Of a DNA stretch of 64,000 nucleotides, positions 1-7,454 are shown one piece after another (position 1 is the stretch's first letter; every line of letters starts with the position of its first letter). Source of the DNA: Candidatus Poribacteria bacterium. GTDB lineage: Bacteria; Poribacteria; WGA-4E; WGA-3G. The notes beneath the pieces are model-generated. The model had not been told where the DNA came from, searched no databases, and saw only the letters and a program-made list of their open reading frames with translations. The stretch spans positions 608,001-672,000 of the forward strand of contig CBDANF010000003.1 of assembly GCA_965197475.1 (NCBI GenBank). The letters are read 5' to 3'. The position numbers and the translations under genes were made by a program.

Positions 1-735
1 AGTAACCGTCTCGTCAAGTCCGATCGTACTTTTAGAAACCGTAACATCCGGTTTTAACAAAACTTTTGGTATGACAGTGAAAGTTGCACTCGCTTCTTGG
101 TTGCCTACTCCAGGGAGTGCTTGTTGGGGCACACCGTTAACAATCTGAAAAGTAGTTCCAACACCGAAGACTTGATCCACGTTGAGCATGAGGGTCAGGA
201 TTAACGGCACATCGTTATAAGGGACTGATAGTGTTACCAGAAAATTGGTCTTGGAAAGCTCTGTCACATTTGGATCACCGTTTGTGTCAACACGATCAAC
301 ATCCGTGACATTTATACCAGTGACCTCTGCTCCACCACGAATTGCTCCAGCTACAATAGCCCAAGCAGCATCTGTGGTAACAAGATCGCCAATGTCAACT
401 GTTGCTGTAGCTACATCAGTCTCAGTATCATCATTAAAAACTGCCTCACGAAAAGAGACTTTCACACGAAAATAACCGGTGCCGCCTGTAACGAGATTTT
501 CGCGATTTGCGTCTGTGAGCAACACATTCGTGCCATCCACAGTCTCTATGGTAACGTTATCGTCAGTCGTCTCAGGATCATTATCAGGACCTGGTTGTAT
601 GATCGGTGAGTCGTCAATCGTAATTGTCGCTGTCGGACCGCCTTCTGCCGCCATAACGGTCGGCACAAGGGCAAACCCTGCAACGAGCAAAACAGAAAAA
701 ACTAAAGAAAATGCCAATCGATTTGACAGGTTCAT
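1..735 (-). CDS. Secreted acidic Thr/Val/Asp-rich protein, N-terminal part only (runs off the left edge)
   Basis: ATG at 735 with AAGAGGAG RBS; manual translation MNLSNRLAFSLVFSVLLVAGFALVPTVMAAEGGPTATITIDD... (signal-peptide-like) stays open to position 1; not in the ORF track because it has no stop in the window. Confidence 0.8.
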   Translation of the reverse strand, partial: MNLSNRLAFSLVFSVLLVAGFALVPTVMAAEGGPTATITIDDSPIIQPGPDNDPETTDDNVTIETVDGTNVLLTDANRENLVTGGTGYFRVKVSFREAVFNDDTETDVATATVDIGDLVTTDAAWAIVAGAIRGGAEVTGINVTDVDRVDTNGDPNVTELSKTNFLVTLSVPYNDVPLILTLMLNVDQVFGVGTTFQIVNGVPQQALPGVGNQEASATFTVIPKVLLKPDVTVSKSTIGLDETVT

Positions 736-954
736 TATTATTCTCCTCTTTAATCTAATAAAAAAATCTTTCTAAAACATTTAACCTTTTGGGGCGATAT
801 GTGCATTGGACTGCGTTATCGCGCCCGACAATACAATTTGAAATATCAAAGATAGATTCAGGGATGGAATCTACTCTGAACTAACCTTTTGGTATCGGTT
901 GCGTGCATTCCCGATGCACACGACCTCTGTTTTTTGGGTTTCGGTTTGGTTCTC

Positions 955-1011
955 TGTAGGAGGGAATTCCGGTTCCCGATAATATGTCGCGATGCTGAGA
1001 TCGCTCCTACA
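955..1011. repeat. GTAG-type REP-like palindromic pair
   Basis: TGTAGGAG...CTCCTACA inverted ends. Confidence 0.45.
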
Positions 1012-1049
1012 AGTTTTACATCAAACCGCTTTTAATCTTAACGTTGCCT

Positions 1050-1477
1050 ATTATGGCATCGGTTACAAAAAAAAGTCAACCGATTCACTTTACGGCATCA
1101 CGTTAAATTAACGTTACCCATTCTAATCGGGTTACAAAAAATTGTCAACCCTAATTACGCGCTATTTTTCTGAACGTTGCGCTGTGTTCTGTAAAGTTGC
1201 GTTTATGAGATTTATTTAGAATTCCTAAATCGCAAAAAATATGATATGGAATACGTTATAATTGAATCTCGTTTCGCATGCTATTAATGCTAACACAAAG
1301 AAATAAGGTTTGTCAAGTATATTTAAGTTTGTTGGCGTACGGTAAAATTCGGAACTTATTGCATGCCACGTTATTAAGTATACCTTCTGTTGCAAGTTTT
1401 GTCAAGTGTTTTTGCAGAAAAATTGTTAATTCTACTGAATTTGTCCAAATTGTAGCAATTTTGCACAAATTTGTCAA
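1050..1477 (-). promoter_or_regulatory. Array of about five tandem sigma70-type promoters facing the 1..735 gene
   Basis: Minus strand: TTGACT(1079-1074)-18-CATAAT; TTGACA(1148-1143)-17-TAGAAT; TTGACA(1316-1311)-18-TAGCAT; TTGACA(1405-1400)-17-TATACT; TTGACA(1477-1472)-17-TACAAT. Confidence 0.7.
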
Positions 1478-1680
1478 GTGTTTTTTTGATGAATCTGTTT
1501 TTTGTGGGAGTTAGACGTTGTGTTGTCTGAACCAGGATTATCAGGATTTCCAGATTTCCAAGATTATTCCTCATCAAACCTTTTCGCATGGATTTAGCCT
1601 CAACGCGGTATGGGGTCATAGCAAATGTTTATTCTGTGCGATCTTTCTATCCGACCTACGGACTGAACCATGATTTCGGC

Positions 1681-1820
1681 AGCCCCAGCGGGGCGAAAGG
1701 TGTCCAGAACAGTCGTAACCTCCATTCACAAAGCCCCAGCGGGGCGAAAGGTGTCCATTATATGGGTTGTGTAATACACCTCATGCAGCATGCCATACGC
1801 GCATGCTGCCCCGCTGGGGC
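1681..1820. repeat. Short palindromic REP-like repeats (AGCCCCAGCGGGGCGAAAGGTGTCCA x2 plus an inverted copy)
   Basis: Direct copies at about 1681 and 1732; inverted GCCCCGCTGGGGCT at about 1808. Confidence 0.65.
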
Positions 1821-1915
1821 TATACACACTCACAAATACGGAACATTTCTTAGATTGACGCTTATGGGTTTCGCTGCGCTCTACCCAACGGACATCTACA
1901 TTTGGATCTTATTAT

Positions 1916-2314
1916 TAGACATTATAACGTTTTAATTGTGTGTTGTTACTGGTCTATAATAAAATCTAAAGTTCGTAGGTCGGGTAGAGCGCAGCGAAAC
2001 CCGACAATATCAGGGTTCCAGAGATAATAGACATTATAACGTTTTAATTGTGTGTTGTTACTGGTCTATAATAAAATCTAAAGTTCGTAGGTCGGGTAGA
2101 GCGCAGCGAAACCCGACAATATCAGGGTTCCAGAGATAATATAGCAGATTTCGCAATCTATAAAACGGTAACTTCCACCATCTGAACACTTGACATTCAG
2201 AACAAACAGGTCGGGTTTCGCTGCGCTCTACCCGACGGACAAGCCATTAGCGTTTAGACTATATTTCGGTCTTAGTGATATCAGGGACGGACGATTAAAT
2301 CATTATAATGTCTA
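1916..2314. mobile_element. MITE-like element with TAGACATTATAA terminal inverted repeats, containing GTAG REPs, 5' part tandemly duplicated
   Basis: TAGACATTATAA at 1916 and 2028 (about 112-bp duplication); TTATAATGTCTA at 2303-2314; internal GTAGGTCGGGTAGAGCGCAGCGAAACCCGAC. Confidence 0.65.
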
Positions 2315-2342
2315 TTGAACTTACGTTATTTTTAAAAGTAAC

Positions 2343-2463
2343 AGGACTTACGCAAATTGAGTAGAAAAAGGAAATATTGGACTTAAAAAGTCGTTATTTC
2401 GGTATTTTAACCCCCTAAGTCCCCCTTATCAAGGGGACTTGTGAACCAGCTGCGTAAGTCCTG
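2343..2463. mobile_element. MITE-like element with 13-bp TIR CAGGACTTACGCA
   Basis: CAGGACTTACGCA ... TGCGTAAGTCCTG; interior carries the CCCCTTATCAAGGGG palindrome; 2401-2450 is the reverse complement of 2655-2704. Confidence 0.65.
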
Positions 2464-2522
2464 AGTAAAAAAAGATTTGACAAACTCTTTTTTAGCGTGT
2501 AATATAATCAAACTCAGATTGT

Positions 2523-2541
2523 TGAGGTTAAATCAACCTAA
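2523..2541 (+). promoter_or_regulatory. Putative DtxR/IdeR-family operator just downstream of a sigma70 promoter
   Basis: TGAGGTTAAATCAACCTAA matches 14/19 of TTAGGTTAGGCTAACCTAA; TTGACA at 2477-2482 with TAATAT 17 bp later; iron-uptake genes downstream. Confidence 0.5.
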
Positions 2542-2546
2542 ATATT

Positions 2547-2655
2547 ATGAAACGAAGATATAAAGTGTTAGTCAGCGTGTATTTATTTTTGTGTATGCGC
2601 TATGTCCGTTGAAGCGGCAACCCGTGAATATTGGATTGCTGCCGAAAAAGTCGTG
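2547..2655 (+). pseudogene. Frameshifted N-terminal remnant of a secreted protein, multicopper-oxidase-like
   Basis: MKRRYKVLVSV... then in a shifted frame VCAMSVEAATREYWIAAEKVV, cut off by the tandem repeat at 2656. Confidence 0.4.
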
Positions 2656-3333
2656 CTGGTTCACAAGTCCCCTTGATAAGGGGGACTTAGGGGGTTAAAA
2701 TACCAAAATTCTGCTTATTTAACCCCCCTAACCCCCCTTATCAAGGGGGAATGCGTCCGTCCTGTATAAATAACATGAGGCGCGTGAATTGTGCAACTAC
2801 AAACGTTGTTGGGTTTCGTTCGCGCGCTGCCACAACTGTCAACTTCTGGTTCACAAGTCCCCTTGATAAGGGGGACTTAGGGGGCTAAAATACCAAAATT
2901 CTGCTTATTTAACCCCCCTAACCCCCCTTATCAAGGGGGAATGCGTCCGTCCTGTATAAATAACATGAGGCGCGTGAATTGTGCAACTACAAACGTTGTT
3001 GGGTTTCGTTCGCGCGCTGCCACAACTGTCAACTTCTGGTTCACAAGTCCCCTTGATAAGGGGGACTTAGGGGGCTAAAATACCAAAATTCTGCTTATTT
3101 AACCCCCCTAACCCCCCTTATCAAGGGGGAATGCGTCCGTCCTGTATAAATAACATGAGGCGCGTGAATTGTGCAACTACAAACGTTGTTGGGTTTCGTT
3201 CGCGCGCTGCCACAACTGTCAACTTCTGGTTCACAAGTCCCCTTGATAAGGGGGGTTAGGGGGCTAAAAATACCAAAATTCTGCTTATTTAACCCCCCTA
3301 ACCCCCTTATCAAGGGGGAATGCGTCCGTCCTG
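2656..3333. repeat. 190-bp tandem repeat, about 3.6 copies, each with a long GC-rich hairpin
   Basis: TCACAAGTCC recurs at 2661, 2851, 3041, 3231; CCCCTTGATAAGGGGG...CCCCCTTATCAAGGGG inverted arms in every unit. Confidence 0.95.
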
Positions 3334-3502
3334 ATAGAAAACGTGGCAATTACTCTCTTGAGCTCCGTCCGAGCGACATAGATTCTATAAACATTCCGCC
3401 GCTACGAGGCTATACAAATCCTTATGTTGGCACACACTAAATTGACGCATAATGGGTTTCGCAAGCTCTGCCCAACCTACGAAAATTCTATCATAGAAGG
3501 AG

Positions 3503-4519
3503 ATGACTATGTTTAACAACCGATCCATCTTATTTAATTACTTTTTACCAATCGTGATGCTGTTCACCCTCATCGGTACGGCGCATGCTGAAACGTTAAC
3601 ACTCTATTCTGGACGGAGTAAGAGTCTCGTTGATCCGATTATCCAGCAGTTTGAAAAAGAGACCGGCATAGAAGTAAAGGTGAGTTATGCTAATACGACT
3701 CAGTTAGCCGCTAAACTCCGAACTGAGGGTAAAAAAAGCCCCGCCTCCCTATTTTGGGCGCAGGATGCCGGCGCGCTTGGGGCTGTCAGCAAAGAGGGAT
3801 TGTTTACAAAGTTGCCGGAATCAATTCTTGCGAAAGTTCCGAAGACGTTCCGTCACGCCGATGGATTGTGGGTTGCAACAAGCGGTAGAGCACGCGTCCT
3901 TGCCTATTCACCTGAACGTGTTAAAATGGAACAACTTCCTGAAAGTGTTTTTGATTTAACGCAACCGATGTGGAAAGACAAAGTCGGTTGGGCACCGCTT
4001 AATGCCTCGTTCCAAGCGTTTGTAACAGCGATGCGTGCGCAGGTCGGTGAGGAACGCACTGAAAAATGGCTGCGTGATATGAGAGCCAACGGCACAAAAG
4101 CCTATCCCAAGAATACACCGATTATAGAGGCACTCGATGCGGGTGAGATTGATCTCGGCTTGCCAAACCATTACTACCTCTTCCGTTTTAAAAAGGGAAA
4201 TTCAAATTTTCCGGTTGAGCAAACCTTTTTTAAAGCGAACGATCCGGGTAATCTCGTGAATGTTGCCGGAATTGGATTATTGAAAAGTAGTGACAACCAA
4301 GAAACTGCCCTTAAGTTCATTGAATACCTTCTCTCCGCTAAGGCACAACAGTACTTCGTCAGTGAGGTTTTTGAATATCCGGTGACTGAAAGTGTGATTC
4401 CGAACGCTAATTTGTTGCCATTGGAAAAATTGCTTAAATTAGTACCGACATTTGACTTAAATGAGATGGATGATATAAAAGGCACCCTCAAACTCCTTCG
4501 GCGCGTGGGTATTATGTAG
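3503..4519 (+). CDS. fbpA: Fe(III) ABC transporter substrate-binding protein (FbpA/FutA/AfuA family)
   Basis: Signal peptide; LTLYSGR, FEKETGIEV, SGRARVLAY, NHYY, FEYP motifs. Confidence 0.9.
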   Translation: MTMFNNRSILFNYFLPIVMLFTLIGTAHAETLTLYSGRSKSLVDPIIQQFEKETGIEVKVSYANTTQLAAKLRTEGKKSPASLFWAQDAGALGAVSKEGLFTKLPESILAKVPKTFRHADGLWVATSGRARVLAYSPERVKMEQLPESVFDLTQPMWKDKVGWAPLNASFQAFVTAMRAQVGEERTEKWLRDMRANGTKAYPKNTPIIEALDAGEIDLGLPNHYYLFRFKKGNSNFPVEQTFFKANDPGNLVNVAGIGLLKSSDNQETALKFIEYLLSAKAQQYFVSEVFEYPVTESVIPNANLLPLEKLLKLVPTFDLNEMDDIKGTLKLLRRVGIM

Positions 4520-4697
4520 ACAAGGGTGGAGGTTGATTGCTGAGATACTGAGGTGAGTCATCAATAGGCAACACACCTTTATTCACGTTAGACAAAGATG
4601 GTACTTCTTCATCCCCGCAATCGTTGTCGGTGTCGGCGGTCTGATTCCGTTAGGATACCTGATAGCCAAAGCGTTTGATGTTGAGGGCACTGCGCTG

Positions 4698-6116
4698 GTG
4701 GAGAATCTGTTTCGCTTACGGAACGCGAAACTTTTCCTCAACACGCTTTTGTTGACGGTTGGCGTGCTTGTTCTTGATATTCTTTTAGCAACCCCTGCCG
4801 CATGGTTAACCACGCACGCAAACCTTCGAGGCAAACGGATTTTTAGTGTCCTATGCACTTTACCATTAGCGATCCCAGGCTATGTGATGGCTTACGCGCT
4901 TTTGGCACTCGGCGGCAATAACGGCATATTTGCGGCTCTTTTTGGTAAAAGCCTCCCACGTCTTAGCGGATACTGGGGGGCTTTAATTGCACTCTCCTTC
5001 TATACAAGTCCTTACCTCTTTCTAAATTTACGGGCAGCACTCTTGGGACTTGACCAGAGTCTTGAGGAGTCAGCGCGTAGTCTCGGCTACCGGCAATGGG
5101 GCGTTTTCATACGTGTTATCCTCCCCCAACTCCGTCCGGCATTCTATGCAGCAGGATTGCTCATCTGTTTACATGTGCTTGGTGATTTCGGTGTTGTTTC
5201 GCTGATGCGCTATGAGACATTTAGTTATGCGCTTTACGTTGAATATGAATTTGTATTTGATCATAACTACGCCTCATGGCTTGCGTTGATTCTGCTCGGT
5301 TTTACCGGTTGTTTGCTCTACCTTGAAACGCGATTATTAAGTACGGTAACGCTCCATCGCGCTGGGCACGGCACTTCTCGGTATCGGTCTTTAATTCCGC
5401 TGCGCGTATGGAAAAGTGCGGGGTATCTCTATTTGGGTGTTCTGTTCATCGCAACTGTTGGGATACCGGCAGCAACTGTGTTTTTCTGGATGTTCAGAGG
5501 ATTTGAGGTGTCGGCTTTAGATGGACTTTTGGAATCGCTCATCGGTTCTGTAGGTGTTGCCGTTCCGTCCGCTGTATGCTGTGCAGTTTTAGTTGTGCCG
5601 TTTGCATATATTGGTGTGCGTTATGCCTCACGTTTCTCAAACATGTTAGCGCGTGTCCCGTATGTCATTTACGCAATTCCACCGCTTGCTTTTGCGTTAT
5701 CAATCATCTTTTTTGTGGGAAGCCGTGAGACCATACTCGTGCTAATCTGCGCGTGTATTCTACACTTTCTTGCAGAAGCGATAGGACCGGTGCGTAGTAC
5801 GCTCTACCAAGCCTCACCCTACTTAGAAGAAGCAGCACGGTCACTCGGATGTTCACCTTTTCAAGCATTTTTCAGAACACTCTTTCCACTTCTCATGCGT
5901 GGCATGTTGACAGCCACGGCACTCGTTTTCCTTGCCACAATGAGAGAATTGCCGCTGACCCTCCTACTACGTCCCCCAGAATATGAGACTTTGGCTGTTA
6001 ATGTATGGGATTACACAGGAGAAGCGATGTTCGCCCAAGCGGCACCCTATGCCTTTCTGATTCTGCTTTTTTCCGCCCTATTTGTCGGTTTCCTCATCCG
6101 CAAAGAGGAAGCGTGA
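4698..6116 (+). CDS. fbpB: Fe(III) ABC transporter permease (two BPD_transp_1 halves); true start probably near 4560
   Basis: Two EAA loops (LEESARSLG, LEEAARSLG), LPLAIPGYV, MRELPLTLLL; frame open upstream to 4557 with an extra hydrophobic helix. Confidence 0.9.
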   Translation: MENLFRLRNAKLFLNTLLLTVGVLVLDILLATPAAWLTTHANLRGKRIFSVLCTLPLAIPGYVMAYALLALGGNNGIFAALFGKSLPRLSGYWGALIALSFYTSPYLFLNLRAALLGLDQSLEESARSLGYRQWGVFIRVILPQLRPAFYAAGLLICLHVLGDFGVVSLMRYETFSYALYVEYEFVFDHNYASWLALILLGFTGCLLYLETRLLSTVTLHRAGHGTSRYRSLIPLRVWKSAGYLYLGVLFIATVGIPAATVFFWMFRGFEVSALDGLLESLIGSVGVAVPSAVCCAVLVVPFAYIGVRYASRFSNMLARVPYVIYAIPPLAFALSIIFFVGSRETILVLICACILHFLAEAIGPVRSTLYQASPYLEEAARSLGCSPFQAFFRTLFPLLMRGMLTATALVFLATMRELPLTLLLRPPEYETLAVNVWDYTGEAMFAQAAPYAFLILLFSALFVGFLIRKEEA

Positions 6117-6173
6117 CACATTTTACAACAATTCTTGTATATATTCGTCTAATTCTGATATAATGAGCAATAT

Positions 6174-6603
6174 TAGACATTATAATGATTTAATCGTCCG
6201 TCCCTGATATCACTAAGACCGAAATATAGTCTAAACGCTAATGGCTTGTCCGTCGGGTAGAGTTTGCGAAACCCGACCTGTTTGTTCTGAATGTCAAGTG
6301 TTCAGATGGTGGAAGTTACCGTTTTATAGATTGCGAAATCTGCTATATTATCTCTGGAACCCTGATATTGTCGGGTTTCGCTGCGCTCTACCCGACCTAC
6401 GAACTGATATCACTAAGACCGAAATATAGTCTAAACGCTAATGGCTTGTCCGTCGGGTAGAGTTTGCGAAACCCGACCTGTTTGTTCTGAATGTCAAGTG
6501 TTCAGATGGTGGAAGTTACCGTTTTATAGATTGCGAAATCTGCTATATTATCTCTGGAACCCTGATATTGTCGGGTTTCGCTGCGTTCTACCCGACCTAC
6601 GAA
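6174..6603. mobile_element. Inverted copy of the 1916-2314 MITE with a 200-bp tandem duplication
   Basis: Starts TAGACATTATAATG (reverse complement of 2301-2314); CTGATATCACTAAGACC at 6204 and 6404. Confidence 0.8.
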
Positions 6604-6704
6604 ATAAACTTATATAATCGGGAATATGATTTTTGGCAGTTGGTTGTTGATACCTCGCTATGCCCCTACAATGAGGAAACAACAAGCGAGACACAGAGAC
6701 TTTT

Positions 6705-7394
6705 TTGCATTATAATATCCGTGTATACTATGGAAAACATATTTTGTTAGACTTTTTTACGCTACCGCTGTTCATCACACTTGGTGCGAATGCACTCAGA
6801 TTACTCCTCGCTTTTGCACTGAGTGTTTTTATTGTCATTATCTATCAGTGGACACACGTCAAAGGCCCACAAAAATCATTTACCGATACACTCATTATCC
6901 TATGTATGCTTATTTCAGTGGTGATGGTCGTTATCGGCGATAGCATTGCACGGGCATTCAGTCTTGTCGGGGCACTTTCAATCATTCGTTTTCGCACGGC
7001 AATCCAAGACCCGCGCGATATCGGTTTTGTGTTTTATGCTTTAGCTGTTGGAATGGCTGTTGGCGCGGGAAGCCCTACTGTTGCGATTCTCGCTACGTTC
7101 CTTATCGGTATTATTATCCTCTGCATGTACTATTGGCATCAACATTTTGCAAAGGATGATGAATTTAACCTTGAAATTTGCCTGCCGCCCGACCAGTCAT
7201 CTGAAACCGTTTATCGTCCTATTTTTGAAAAACACGTCATTCAAGAACGCTTAATTGAAAAACGGATCAAAAAATCACAAGTAGTTGAACTGAACTTCCG
7301 TATAAAATTGGCAAATCCAGAAGAGTGGATCACATTTTTTAATGAACTTTCAGAACATGAAAATATCACTGAAGTTAAATTGGATAAAGAGTAA
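6705..7394 (+). CDS. DUF4956 family membrane protein (start may be the TTG at 6744)
   Basis: ARAFSLVGALSIIRFRTAIQDPRDIGFVF signature; several TM helices. Confidence 0.85.
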   Translation: MHYNIRVYYGKHILLDFFTLPLFITLGANALRLLLAFALSVFIVIIYQWTHVKGPQKSFTDTLIILCMLISVVMVVIGDSIARAFSLVGALSIIRFRTAIQDPRDIGFVFYALAVGMAVGAGSPTVAILATFLIGIIILCMYYWHQHFAKDDEFNLEICLPPDQSSETVYRPIFEKHVIQERLIEKRIKKSQVVELNFRIKLANPEEWITFFNELSEHENITEVKLDKE

Positions 7395-7400
7395 AAATAC

Positions 7401-7427
7401 GAACCTTCTGATTCTGGACTTGTCTAA
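7401..7427 (+). promoter_or_regulatory. RpoE-type ECF promoter upstream of the CotH gene
   Basis: GAACCT-N16-TCTAA. Confidence 0.55.
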
Positions 7428-7454
7428 ACCGAAAATAAAATGAAGGAGAATACC

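Noticed and set aside
245-775. Plus-strand ORFs 245..475 and 479..775
   Set aside because: Antisense shadows of the minus-strand gene, which has an RBS and signal peptide
2656-3333. CRISPR array
   Set aside because: Whole 190-bp units are repeated; there are no unique spacers and no cas genes
1278-3440. ORFs 1278..1514, 1374..1619, 1588..1935, 3095..3349, 3171..3440 (also 6241..6429)
   Set aside because: They lie in promoter or repeat DNA and have no protein-like features
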